The notes beneath the pieces are model-generated. The model did no database searches. It saw only the letters and a list, made by a program, of their open reading frames with translations, and was not told the DNA's origin. Positions 1 through 9,317 of a stretch of DNA of 64,000 bases are shown piece by piece. Source of the DNA: an uncultured Gammaproteobacteria bacterium (lineage in GTDB: Bacteria > Patescibacteriota > Patescibacteriia > Magasanikbacterales > GWA2-37-8). The stretch is from contig CAZUFD010000002.1 in assembly GCA_964619625.1 (NCBI GenBank), positions 14,582 through 78,581 on the forward strand, written 5' to 3'. The position numbers were made by a program, and so were the translations under genes. Every line of letters starts with the position of its first letter. Within the stretch, counting starts at the first letter, position 1.

Positions 1-45
1 TAAAGTTAAACACACTTAACTTTATACTCACTCATTTCGAATATG
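1..45 (+). repeat. Start-codon-abutting structured repeat, family A (partial, cut by window edge)
   Basis: Hairpin TAAAGTTAA/TTAACTTTA (1-24), then ACTCACTCATTTCGAATATG; matches the reverse complement of 63949-63968 with one mismatch. Confidence 0.7.
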
Positions 46-873
46 AAAACTACAGCCTTAACTTTTGCATTCGCTCTTGAATTCTTATTAATTCCCGCGT
101 TGCCTACCCAGGCTGCCGAAAGCATCAATTTATCCGTACCTTATATCCCCGAAGCGCCGGAAGGACTTATGGTAAAACCATGGAATAACTCATGCGAAGA
201 AGCGTCTACCGCCATGCTTGATGAGTATTATTTTGGCAACCGAAACCAGGGCGTTACTAAAACTAAAGCCAAACAATCCATTTTATACTATATAGATGTT
301 GAAAATAAATTGTTTGGCTACAATGGCAATACCAACGCGGCGGAAATGACAAAAGTGATAAATGAATATTCAAAATATTTTGAAGCTAAAATAAAAACTA
401 ACCCGACTTTGGATGATATAAAAAACGAACTAAAGGCCAGCAAACCGGTAATTGCCCTGCTTTATGGCTATAACCTGCAAAATCCTCGCATCCAATTTGC
501 TCGCAACGGATCATATTACCACACCTTCGTTATAAAAGGCTTTGATGATGAAAAAAAAGAATTTATCGTAAATGATAATGGCGACCTTAAACAAGGCCTT
601 GACTTGCGCTACTCGTATGATACAATCATGGGCGCTTTACGGGATTACGATCATAAAACCAGTAAAACCGTAAAACCTGCAACCGTACTTTTTACCAGCC
701 AGCGAATGCTGGTAAAAACTAAAGATAGCGGTCGGATTTATCTGATTAAAGATAATAAAAAACATCACGTGTCTTCTCCTCAAGTATTTAAAGATCGCAA
801 ATGGAAGTGGGGTTTTGTGATGGTGGTGGAGAAATCTTGGCTAGATAAATTCCAAGTCGGCACGGCAATATGA
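43..873 (+). CDS. Secreted C39-like cysteine peptidase with C-terminal CPR-type surface domain
   Basis: Signal peptide; LSVPYIPE..NSCEEAS (catalytic Cys); YHTFVIKGFD..FIVND (His/Asp); C-terminal LVK..IYLI..K repeat unit. Confidence 0.75.
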   Translation: MKTTALTFAFALEFLLIPALPTQAAESINLSVPYIPEAPEGLMVKPWNNSCEEASTAMLDEYYFGNRNQGVTKTKAKQSILYYIDVENKLFGYNGNTNAAEMTKVINEYSKYFEAKIKTNPTLDDIKNELKASKPVIALLYGYNLQNPRIQFARNGSYYHTFVIKGFDDEKKEFIVNDNGDLKQGLDLRYSYDTIMGALRDYDHKTSKTVKPATVLFTSQRMLVKTKDSGRIYLIKDNKKHHVSSPQVFKDRKWKWGFVMVVEKSWLDKFQVGTAI

Positions 874-879
874 CATGAC

Positions 880-950
880 TCCGAGGTGGTCTAATGGTAG
901 GACAGCAGACTCTGAATCTGCTTATCTTGGTTCGAATCCAAGCCTCGGAA
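880..950 (+). tRNA. tRNA-Gln(CTG)
   Basis: Acceptor stem TCCGAGG/CCTCGGA; anticodon arm GCAGA-CTCTGAA-TCTGC; T-loop TTCGAAT; CCA not encoded. Confidence 0.95.
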
Positions 951-1029
951 CAACTTATACACTATTGATTTTTTGCCTAAAAAGGAGTGTAATATACTTG
1001 CTTATCTTTTGGTAAGCAGGAGGAAATTC

Positions 1030-1359
1030 ATGGACACCCGAACTCGAACCATAGGCGCTGTCCAAGCCCTCATGGGTAGAGTGCTCCACCCGTGCGACGG
1101 CTGTCCCAACACAGAGCGTTCTCCGGAGTTCCAAGAGGAATACCGCAAGCGCATTGGCACGCTCTTCATGGTCTTTTACCAAGAAACCGGCATCGACTTG
1201 GCCGGAGAAGTAATCGCGCGCTTGGATATGCCGCTCGGAAAACGAAGCAATGGGCTCTATTGGCATCTGAAGTTTTGGCTAGCAAGCCAAATGCCTGCAG
1301 GCTCAAAAGAGAGGGCCTACTTCACTGAGGTAGACCACCAAAAAAAGCCTGAGGAATAA
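1030..1359 (+). CDS. Hypothetical protein (GC-richer orphan)
   Basis: ATG at 1030 preceded by AGGAGG; upstream TTGATT..TAATAT promoter-like sequence. Confidence 0.6.
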   Translation: MDTRTRTIGAVQALMGRVLHPCDGCPNTERSPEFQEEYRKRIGTLFMVFYQETGIDLAGEVIARLDMPLGKRSNGLYWHLKFWLASQMPAGSKERAYFTEVDHQKKPEE

Positions 1360-1596
1360 CTCGTTCATTCAAACAACCTTCCGAAAGGAAAAATAAAAAC
1401 ATTTGCACTCTTGCTTCACGTAGGAGTGCAACAAAAAATCACTCGCACCCCTACTCAAGATCCTCTATATCTAGAAGACTTAAGCGGAGGAGACAAAAGA
1501 CGAGTGATTTTTTCGTAAACACTGAAAATAATTTTGAATAACAAAATAAAATAACTAAGGCCCCGCCGAGGCGGAGCCCATTATCCATAGGGAGCG

Positions 1597-1902
1597 TTAA
1601 CCGACAACCTGCACATTTTCCAGGTTGCCACACATCCCTTTAACGAAATCTTCCACCGCATATCCGGGAACTAACTGCACAACTATGGTACGGATATCGT
1701 CAGCCAGAATTTCTGACTTCTCGAAGAATATCCTTTCATAGACCTCAAGCGTAACCGCCGGCAATATGATCTTCCTGACATTGTGCACTCCCAGTAAACA
1801 CGCCACCGCCCGTTTCCCCCGTAATGGAAGCGTAACCAGGACTTTGCATGGTTTTGGCGGCTGCGGCTCTGACTCTGTTTGGACAGTCTCTGGCTCTTGC
1901 AT
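1597..1902 (-). CDS. Hypothetical protein (orphan)
   Basis: 101-aa ORF with GAGGTGGAG SD-like motif upstream. Confidence 0.5.
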   Translation of the reverse strand: MQEPETVQTESEPQPPKPCKVLVTLPLRGKRAVACLLGVHNVRKIILPAVTLEVYERIFFEKSEILADDIRTIVVQLVPGYAVEDFVKGMCGNLENVQVVG

Positions 1903-2002
1903 GGCTTTTCTCCACCTCAGGATTTCGTTTTAACCACAAGAGCATACCACAAAAAAAGAACCCTGGCAAGAGTTTCTTTTAATATAAAAGTTTATCTAGA
2001 TT

Positions 2003-2761
2003 TTAACTCTTAAATTTTTTTAACTCTAGAAACAAGAACAGCGGAAATTCTTTTCTAGCCTTATCTTCGGCCAAAAACCGAGGGCCCTGCGTGGGCTGGC
2101 GATGCGAAATCCATTCTTCACACCTGCTTATGCCAAAGCCGTGTTTGGCAAACATCTTAACATACCATTGCAGCGAACGATGAAAAGAAACTGTTTTTTC
2201 CGATTTCTTTTGTCCCGGATGCATATCTATTTCTACTTGGGATTCAGATAAATATGCGTCCATGCGGCGGTACTGCACCCATTCTTTGTCATCCCATCCC
2301 CAACTGGATATTTTTGGCGCGCGAAAGGCCGGATGGTTTAAAACTAAGTATACGCTCCCCTTTTCTTTTAAAACTCTTGCGCATTCTTTTAAAACACCCT
2401 CTGCGTTTTGAATGTTTTGCAATGCCAAAGTTATTATAATCGTATCTATAGAGCCATTTTTACAAAAATCAATATTGTCTGCGGGTGAAACATGGTATTC
2501 TGTTTTTGTGTCGCGTTTTTTGGCAATTTGAATAAGTTCCGGTGAAATGTCGGAAGCAACTACTTTTGCGCCCTTAGTGCCAAAAATACGGGTAAAAAAA
2601 CCCTGGCCACAAGCCAGATCCAAAATAGTTTGGTTTTTATCTAAATTTATAGATCGCAACAGATTTGGCAAAATAACCTTAGTCTGAAAAGAATCATCGT
2701 CTTTTTCCAGCATGCTATCGTACCAATTGGCTACTTTGCCCCAGGAGGTATTTTTCTTCAC
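2003..2761 (-). CDS. Class I SAM-dependent methyltransferase
   Basis: Motif I ILDLACGQG; VVASDIS; ARVLKEKG. Confidence 0.9.
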   Translation of the reverse strand: MKKNTSWGKVANWYDSMLEKDDDSFQTKVILPNLLRSINLDKNQTILDLACGQGFFTRIFGTKGAKVVASDISPELIQIAKKRDTKTEYHVSPADNIDFCKNGSIDTIIITLALQNIQNAEGVLKECARVLKEKGSVYLVLNHPAFRAPKISSWGWDDKEWVQYRRMDAYLSESQVEIDMHPGQKKSEKTVSFHRSLQWYVKMFAKHGFGISRCEEWISHRQPTQGPRFLAEDKARKEFPLFLFLELKKFKS

Positions 2762-2861
2762 AAAAATTTGTTTATATCACCCGTATATCTTATTAAAAAT
2801 AAGCTATCCAGTCAATTAGGCAGGGTTTGCCAAAAACGCTGAAAAGTGCTATTATTTGCCC

Positions 2862-3713
2862 ATGACAACCGTAATTGATGGTAAAAAAATTGCTCTAAAG
2901 ATAGAAAAACAAACTGCCAAACAAGTGGCTGCCTTAAAAAATAAAGGCATCACGCCCAAACTGGCGGTTATTTTAGTTGGAAATGATAAACCGTCTCGCA
3001 CTTACATAAAAAAGAAAAAAGAAGCTGCGCAGCGCGCGGGCATTAATTTTGCCTTGCACGAATTTTCAAAAAATATTTCCAAAGAAGAATTAGTTAGTGC
3101 CATACACAAAATACAAAAAGACCCAGAGCTGACCGGCCTCATTATCCAACTGCCACTGCCGGAACGATTATACAAACCAGAGGTGCTTAACGCGATTTCG
3201 CCCGCTATTGATGTGGACTGCTTAACCGACGCCAATATCGGCAAACTGGTCATGAAAAGCAATCATATAGAACCGCCGACTCCGTGGGCAGTTATAAAAA
3301 CCTTAAAAGAAATAAAATTTAATCTGGTGGGTAAAAATGCCACGATTGTGGGCGCGGGCGCACTGGTCGGCAAACCTTTGGCCATAATGCTGGTAAACGA
3401 ACTAGCCAGCGTTACCACCTGTAATAGTTATACTAAAGATATAAAAAAGAAATGTTTGGAAGCGGATGTAATTGTCTCGGCCGTAGGCAAACAAAATTTA
3501 ATCAAAGCCGATATGGTAAAAAAAGGCGCGGTTGTGATTGATACCGGTATTGTATATATAAACGGCAAAATGTACGGCGATGTGGATTTCCAGCCGGTTT
3601 CCAAAAAAACAAGCTTCATTACCCCCACTCCGGGCGGCATTGGCCCAATTACGGTGGCCAAACTTCTTCTAAATACCGTAACTTGCGCGAAAAAAATAAA
3701 TAAGGTAAAGTAA
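2862..3713 (+). CDS. folD: Bifunctional methylenetetrahydrofolate dehydrogenase/cyclohydrolase
   Basis: IDGK, PKLAVILVG, IIQLPLP, DVD, LVGKPLA, GDVDF, TPTPGGIGPIT motifs. Confidence 0.97.
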   Translation: MTTVIDGKKIALKIEKQTAKQVAALKNKGITPKLAVILVGNDKPSRTYIKKKKEAAQRAGINFALHEFSKNISKEELVSAIHKIQKDPELTGLIIQLPLPERLYKPEVLNAISPAIDVDCLTDANIGKLVMKSNHIEPPTPWAVIKTLKEIKFNLVGKNATIVGAGALVGKPLAIMLVNELASVTTCNSYTKDIKKKCLEADVIVSAVGKQNLIKADMVKKGAVVIDTGIVYINGKMYGDVDFQPVSKKTSFITPTPGGIGPITVAKLLLNTVTCAKKINKVK

Positions 3714-3736
3714 AAAATAACAGAGGGGGTGTACAA

Positions 3737-3934
3737 ATGGCGCTCAGAGTAAAAGACCTGTACTGCGCTGGAATTATCAGCCCAAAGAAAGGCGGGGGTT
3801 CCTGTCCGGGAATACTCCAACACCTGGCGACAAAGCAGATCGGCATTGTCGTCTTTTGCCCAACATGCAGAAAAAGAAAGACTGTGGAGGGGTTTGCAAG
3901 CTACCAACAGCTTGTAGAAAAACGGGGCAAATAA
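3737..3934 (+). CDS. Small Cys-rich, putative zinc-ribbon protein
   Basis: 65 aa with four Cys including CPTC; strong SD GAGGGGG. Confidence 0.5.
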   Translation: MALRVKDLYCAGIISPKKGGGSCPGILQHLATKQIGIVVFCPTCRKRKTVEGFASYQQLVEKRGK

Positions 3935-4018
3935 TGCCGTTAGAGTTCGACGGGCACTCTTCAACACCGTCAACTCGAATCTATAAATTTATTAATTAAC
4001 AATAATCCACACCTTTAT

Positions 4019-4047
4019 TTGACACTCAAAAATTTAGGTGCTAGTCT
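4019..4047 (+). promoter_or_regulatory. Sigma70-type promoter of the cobalamin operon
   Basis: TTGACA-17nt-TAGTCT with extended TG. Confidence 0.6.
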
Positions 4048-4068
4048 AACTTTACAATTTAACTAACA

Positions 4069-4157
4069 TATATCTGTGGAAGTGAGGTTCAATTCCTCCA
4101 CTGTGCCGCAACGGTAAACTCATGCAATTAGCTTGGGAAGTCCGGTCTTCAGATATA
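4069..4157 (+). promoter_or_regulatory. Cobalamin riboswitch (compact, Cbl-II-like)
   Basis: GGAAG-TGAGG-TTCAATT-CCTC (T-loop), CACTGTGCCGCAACGGTAA core, B12-box-like GGGAAGTCCGG, closing stem TATATCTG/CAGATATA; downstream genes fit B12 uptake. Confidence 0.85.
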
Positions 4158-4180
4158 GGCCCCATAATATGGGGTTAGTC

Positions 4181-4243
4181 CCGAGCAGGAAATAAAATAT
4201 TTTATATTTTTTGAATCTTTCCCGCTCGGCAAAGATTTTTTTT
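4181..4243 (+). terminator. Riboswitch expression platform (terminator/antiterminator)
   Basis: AATCTTT/AAAGATT stem plus T-tract, competing with CCGAGC..GGAAA / TTTCC.GCTCGG pairing. Confidence 0.55.
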
Positions 4244-4269
4244 GTTAGCGCGCATAATTAAAACTACAT

Positions 4270-4857
4270 ATGCCCAATTCAAACAAACTCCTTCACCGAC
4301 TATTAATTTTTCTAATTTTTATCTCGGTTTTTGCCGCAACTTACTTATTCCTTAACCCAGATAATAATAACGCCTCTCCACCTTTATACCCTGCTCCCAC
4401 AAACACTGCCGCCACCCTTCAAACTGAACCAGGTTTAAAACCGGCGATGCTAAAAAATAAAACTAGCGATGGTAACGAAAAAACTGTAATTAGCCCCACA
4501 GGAACAAATACCACCTCCAACACCGCTCCTTCTTCCCCACCGCCTCCGACCAACTCAACCGAAACTATACCCGTTACATTCAAAATTGAAGACAAGGAGT
4601 ACAGTCCAACCGTAAAGCCGGGCGCTACCGCTTATGAAGCAATGGTTGCATTACGAGAAAGCAAAGATATCTCGTTTTCTACCAAAGTATTTTCCGGCCT
4701 GGGGCATTTCGTAGAAGAAATCAATGGCCAGAAAAATAGTCCGTCTAGCGGTTTCTACTGGACATTTTATATAAATAACGAGGAAGCAAAGGTTGGTGTC
4801 TCAAATTATACCCTTAAACCAAACGATTTAATTACATGGAAGTACGAAAATAAATAA
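4270..4857 (+). CDS. Membrane-anchored DUF4430 (transcobalamin beta-domain-like) protein
   Basis: N-terminal TM, Pro/Thr linker, GHFVEEINGQKN..YWTFYINNEEAKVGVSNYTLKPNDLITWKY. Confidence 0.9.
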   Translation: MPNSNKLLHRLLIFLIFISVFAATYLFLNPDNNNASPPLYPAPTNTAATLQTEPGLKPAMLKNKTSDGNEKTVISPTGTNTTSNTAPSSPPPPTNSTETIPVTFKIEDKEYSPTVKPGATAYEAMVALRESKDISFSTKVFSGLGHFVEEINGQKNSPSSGFYWTFYINNEEAKVGVSNYTLKPNDLITWKYENK

Positions 4858-4862
4858 TTTTT

Positions 4863-7103
4863 ATGAAGATACAGAACAAATTAGGGGGATTAACGTATTT
4901 TATATTATTAACAGCGTTGCTATGGGCTTTACCGGCCCTGGCCAACACAACCAGCTCTACTCCTGATATAAATACTTCTACTCCGGAAATGGAACTGTCT
5001 ACCAGCACACCAGCCGTGTCTTTACCCACTTCTACTCTAACGCTTCGTTACGAAGATCAAATTATCTGGACAGGCAGCCTGGAACTGACAAGCACCCTAT
5101 ATCATGACGCAATAAATAATTTGGATTATCAACTTACTACTAATACAGTATTTTCTGCTCTCGTTTTAGCAGACCAGCAAAGCGATGTTTTTACTATTTC
5201 AGATGCCCAATATAATTCCGGTTTTGACAGTTTTTACCTTGCTTGCATAAACATTTCGCCAACTTCTACCCAAAATCCCTGCTACAACTGGAATTATGTG
5301 GTAAATAATAATTACCCAAGTATTGGCATGGATAAATATTCGTTAACTGGCGGTGAAAGTATATACGTCTACTTCTCTACTCCTTGGAAAATTTCCGCCT
5401 CCACTACCACATTTCCGCTAGACACAACCACAACTCTGCAAACCTGGCGCTATCAATTTGATAATCTATCGCAACCGTGGGTATCTGATGAAAACAATTT
5501 GGTGGATATTTCTGTTCCCAACCCTTCTTCAACCGGTTGGTGGGATCAAACGATTACGGTTACCACAACCCAAACCAGCGCCAGCGGCACCGTAGATTTT
5601 AAATTTTCCGCAACCGGTACATATTATGCCAAAATTATTTCTTTAGATTGGACCAAATGGAGCAATCCCATAACCCTTACTGTACTTGAAAATTCTTCTA
5701 GCACAGATTCAGGAACACCTCCGCAAAATGGGGGCGGTTCCGGGCCGGCTGCGGCGGTAAGCACAAGCGAAATAAACAACGCGGTGCAAAAAATATTAAA
5801 CTTTTTGAAATCAAAGCAATTAGATAGCGGCGCGATTGTTGATTTGTCTACTTCAGATTGGTCGGCTATGTCCTTTGGCGCACATGGTACTTATGCCCAG
5901 GATGTACGAACTTCTACATTCTCTCTGTATGATTACTTAAATGTAACTATAGTCACCTCTACAACTCAAACACTCAACAGCTGCACTGAATATGCCAGAC
6001 ATATACTAGGCTTACTTAGTGCCGGATTTACCAAAACAAACAGCCAAATAGTTGACCTAAAAAATAAAATTACAACGGAATGTTTAGCTGGCGGACAAGT
6101 GGGTCAAGCGGGAATAAATGATGATATCTTTATTTTAATGGCTCTGCTGGCTACCAACGAGGGCGCTTCAAATGAACTTGTACAGGCAGCCGTAGCAACG
6201 ATTAAGGCCGACCAGCAAGCAAACGGCGCATTTACCTGGAATGGATGGCCGGGACAAGATGTTACCGGTGCCGCTATTAACGCTCTTAAATATGCTTCTA
6301 CCTTTGGCGTGGCCGTAGACGAAACAATTTTCCAGCAAGCAAAAAATTATCTGCATACCACTCAATTAAACGATGGCGGCTGGGGCTTTGATACTACTTC
6401 CGATCCGCTTACTACAAGTTGGGCCATGTACGGCTTAAACGCGCTTGGCGAAGGTCAAACAGGATGGACAAATACTCAAAATAAAAACCCATGGTCACTC
6501 CTCGTAAATAATGTGAATGATTCGGGCTATTATGAGTCTCCTTGGAGCGCGGATGGTATAGATTGGTTTGCCACCAAACACGCTGTGCCAGCGTTGTTGG
6601 GCAAATCATGGCCAATTATTATCAGCATTCCGGTTGCTCCCGCGGCTCCGGCTTCTTCAGGTTCGGGTTCAAATCCTGTTGTAGCAAGCACCTCGACTCA
6701 AACTGAAACTACCAGTATAATAAGTACTACAACCATAGCAACCTCTACCCCTGCCACAACTACCTCTGAGCTGGTTAATACAGATTCAGAGCCTCAAGGT
6801 GAAATCTTGGGTATAAAAATTGAAAACACAGCTAAACCGGTAAAAACTGCTCGCACTATTTCCGCCAAACCAAAAAGCTTGGCACAAGCTGAAAATAAAA
6901 ATATAAACGCTGAGACGAGCACAACTATATCTACAAATAAAGACTTGGATACAGAAAAAAATTTAGAACTAAATCAAAAAAATACCGGCTCTGATTCATC
7001 TGCTTTAAGGTGGATGATACAAAAACTTCTAGTAATTTGTCTTCTTGCCGCCGGGGCTATTAGCCTATACCTTGGATTTAACCATTTAATGAAGAAAAAA
7101 TAA
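4863..7103 (+). CDS. Surface protein: DUF4430-like domain, prenyltransferase/squalene-cyclase-type alpha/alpha barrel, C-terminal TM
   Basis: WNYVVNNNYPSIGMDKYSL; QxxDGxF/W repeats (QQANGAF, QLNDGGWG); Ser/Thr stalk; C-terminal TM plus KKK. Confidence 0.8.
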   Translation: MKIQNKLGGLTYFILLTALLWALPALANTTSSTPDINTSTPEMELSTSTPAVSLPTSTLTLRYEDQIIWTGSLELTSTLYHDAINNLDYQLTTNTVFSALVLADQQSDVFTISDAQYNSGFDSFYLACINISPTSTQNPCYNWNYVVNNNYPSIGMDKYSLTGGESIYVYFSTPWKISASTTTFPLDTTTTLQTWRYQFDNLSQPWVSDENNLVDISVPNPSSTGWWDQTITVTTTQTSASGTVDFKFSATGTYYAKIISLDWTKWSNPITLTVLENSSSTDSGTPPQNGGGSGPAAAVSTSEINNAVQKILNFLKSKQLDSGAIVDLSTSDWSAMSFGAHGTYAQDVRTSTFSLYDYLNVTIVTSTTQTLNSCTEYARHILGLLSAGFTKTNSQIVDLKNKITTECLAGGQVGQAGINDDIFILMALLATNEGASNELVQAAVATIKADQQANGAFTWNGWPGQDVTGAAINALKYASTFGVAVDETIFQQAKNYLHTTQLNDGGWGFDTTSDPLTTSWAMYGLNALGEGQTGWTNTQNKNPWSLLVNNVNDSGYYESPWSADGIDWFATKHAVPALLGKSWPIIISIPVAPAAPASSGSGSNPVVASTSTQTETTSIISTTTIATSTPATTTSELVNTDSEPQGEILGIKIENTAKPVKTARTISAKPKSLAQAENKNINAETSTTISTNKDLDTEKNLELNQKNTGSDSSALRWMIQKLLVICLLAAGAISLYLGFNHLMKKK

Positions 7104-7107
7104 ACAT

Positions 7108-7629
7108 ATGCAACGCTACCTTCCCGCCTTTCTTCTTATCATCTTAGGCATCTCAACCCGACTCCTTCCTCACCCGGCAAACTTTGCGCCAATCGCGGCC
7201 ATTGCTTTGTTTTCGGGGGTATACTTGCCAAAAAAATTTGCCATTATTATACCTATGGCCGCCATGTTAGTAAGTGATATTATTTTAGGCTTTTATCTCT
7301 GGCCGGTTATGTTATCTGTATATGCTACTTTTGCGCTTACTGGTATTATCGGTTTAGTAGTTCAAAAACACAAAAAATTAAGCACCATACTTAGCGGCAC
7401 ATTGCTGGCGAGCATCCTATTCTTTATCATCACTAACTGGGCGGTATGGGCATTTGGAACCATGTATCCGCACAATCTAAACGGTTTAACACAAAGCTAT
7501 ATAGCGGCTTTGCCATTCTTTAAAAACACCGTGCTTGGAGATTTATTTTATACCGCCTTGCTTGTTGGCAGTATGGAAGCAATTCTGGCTCTACAGGCCA
7601 AGAAAAACAGCTCTTTGGCTCTGGAATAA
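7108..7629 (+). CDS. DUF6580-family membrane protein, putative ECF S-component-like vitamin transporter
   Basis: RLLPHPANFAPIAAIALF, FFIITN, Y..ALPFFKN..GDLFY motifs; about 6 TMs. Confidence 0.85.
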   Translation: MQRYLPAFLLIILGISTRLLPHPANFAPIAAIALFSGVYLPKKFAIIIPMAAMLVSDIILGFYLWPVMLSVYATFALTGIIGLVVQKHKKLSTILSGTLLASILFFIITNWAVWAFGTMYPHNLNGLTQSYIAALPFFKNTVLGDLFYTALLVGSMEAILALQAKKNSSLALE

Positions 7630-9036
7630 TTACGCGTAAGGCAATTCGGCCGGCGGTTCTTCTTTCGGCGGCTCTGGCAGAGGCGGCGGCATCTTTCTCT
7701 TCAATGGACTTTCAGCGAGTTCTTCAATAGGCAAATTGATAGGCGGTTCGGCTCTCTTGCCACCGGTCTTTTGCAGCAGCGGAGTCTTAACGAGCGGCAG
7801 CGGGAAGTGCCATAAGGTAGCCAGCTCTTCCGTATTTAAAACATAAGGGTTTTTTCCCATTTTCAATTTGCGTTTTTTATAGGCTTTAATGAATTTATTT
7901 TTAAGTTCGATAATTTTAGCATTTTTAAAAAAATAGTGAGCGTTAGTTGCCGCAACCGGCACCAAGGCATTTCGGCCAGTAAAATTAAACTGATTTATAG
8001 AACCAACAAATCCGTCTAGACAACGGCCGGGATTAAACACCTCTTTTTTAGCCGCGTAGATAACGCGCATTTTTGATTTAAATCCAACCTTTGATATTTT
8101 ATCTTCTATGGCCGCGATCGTATCTCGGCCTCTTGGGGTCAGATCAGAAACTTTGCCGGGTGTTTCGTGTTCTTCATGACCGCCATGATCCTCGGAAGGA
8201 CCTTTGATCGCGTTAAGCAGTTCGCTGGCAAAAACATTTATCGCTTTAACCACAAAGATCTGATCGTGGTGGGGCGCTTTATTTTCAATAATTTCTTTTA
8301 CGAGTTTTATGCCTTTTTCTTTCCAGCTGCTTGAAGTTGGTTCAATAATAATTTGAAACCATAAATTCTCGCCCGCGCCGATACGGGTAAAATTTTCCAA
8401 AATAGAAGCCATCGGATCGTTAAACTTAAGCTCGTCGGGCATAATGTTATGCTCAAATTCCTCATAGGTGCGAATTGGATACGGATCAGCCGCGACCAGA
8501 CCAAATTCTATGCCAAACATGTTGTGCGTTTCGTTTGGAAACTTGCTCGGAATCAAACTTACGTAATCTTCTACTTCGGTAATTTCTGCCATTGGATACT
8601 GCGCATAAACAGCTGCTTCCACCAGATCACGATGCGCGATTTCGGTATAGATCAAGAATTGAATATATCCTTCTAAACTGATTATTTCCAAACTAAACCA
8701 GCGTTGCTTTGCCCCGCCCCAATATTTTTGCCCGAAATTTGGCTCATCCAAAGCACCGCTTAAATGAGCAAATATCTGCTCTACCGCTTTTGGGCTTTGT
8801 ACCGTATCCGGCGGCACATCTACAGCCAGCACGACCCATTGCCAGTGATGGACATTTAAATCTTGGCGTAGATCAAGCCACAAATGCGCGCCAACGAAAA
8901 AAAACACCAAGGCCAAAAATGCCCAACCAAACATAACAAAAACTACCCGCGTTAATTCCGAGGAAGGCAAACTCAAGATCGTTCCCCAAAAAGAAAAATC
9001 AATTGTAAATCCAAATGGCAAACCTTCTAAACCCAT
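7630..9036 (-). CDS. Conserved CPR membrane protein (type often linked to TraD/VirB4-like ATPases)
   Basis: N-terminal TM; P.AVEQIF..L, FSLEI, YAQYP.AEI.EVEDY, YPIRTY, LNTEELATLWHFP. Confidence 0.7.
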   Translation of the reverse strand: MGLEGLPFGFTIDFSFWGTILSLPSSELTRVVFVMFGWAFLALVFFFVGAHLWLDLRQDLNVHHWQWVVLAVDVPPDTVQSPKAVEQIFAHLSGALDEPNFGQKYWGGAKQRWFSLEIISLEGYIQFLIYTEIAHRDLVEAAVYAQYPMAEITEVEDYVSLIPSKFPNETHNMFGIEFGLVAADPYPIRTYEEFEHNIMPDELKFNDPMASILENFTRIGAGENLWFQIIIEPTSSSWKEKGIKLVKEIIENKAPHHDQIFVVKAINVFASELLNAIKGPSEDHGGHEEHETPGKVSDLTPRGRDTIAAIEDKISKVGFKSKMRVIYAAKKEVFNPGRCLDGFVGSINQFNFTGRNALVPVAATNAHYFFKNAKIIELKNKFIKAYKKRKLKMGKNPYVLNTEELATLWHFPLPLVKTPLLQKTGGKRAEPPINLPIEELAESPLKRKMPPPLPEPPKEEPPAELPYA

Positions 9037-9047
9037 ACTTAGAAGTG

Positions 9048-9209
9048 CTAGTGCTTAAGAATTGATATAATGCCGCCATATACTATAAACATGGCAAAAA
9101 TCGTCCACCACCAGCCAAACTGGCCGGAAACCCAGCCGCTATAATAGGCCAAAGCACAAATTATGGTGGCGCACATCGCGACTAGATGGCGCAGCGTATT
9201 ATCGGACAT
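9048..9209 (-). CDS. Small two-TM membrane protein (53 aa, below ORF-track cutoff)
   Basis: Manual translation MSDNTLRHLVAMCATIICALAYYSGWVSGQFGWWWTIFAMFIVYGGIISILKH; stop lies 11 nt before the next gene. Confidence 0.6.
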   Translation of the reverse strand: MSDNTLRHLVAMCATIICALAYYSGWVSGQFGWWWTIFAMFIVYGGIISILKH

Positions 9210-9272
9210 ACGATAAAATTACTAATTTCTAAATAGAATTTACTCACCATATCATAACATATTTTAAGTTAA

Positions 9273-9304
9273 AACAAAAACCGCCATTATGACGGTTTTT
9301 GTTT
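9273..9304 (-). terminator. Intrinsic terminator after secF
   Basis: AACAAAAACCG..CGGTTTTTGTT inverted repeat. Confidence 0.7.
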
Positions 9305-9317
9305 ATTGAAGTTGGGG

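Noticed and set aside
880-1980. Integrative element at tRNA-Gln (also considered at tRNA-Pro)
   Set aside because: No integrase and no duplicated tRNA 3' end seen
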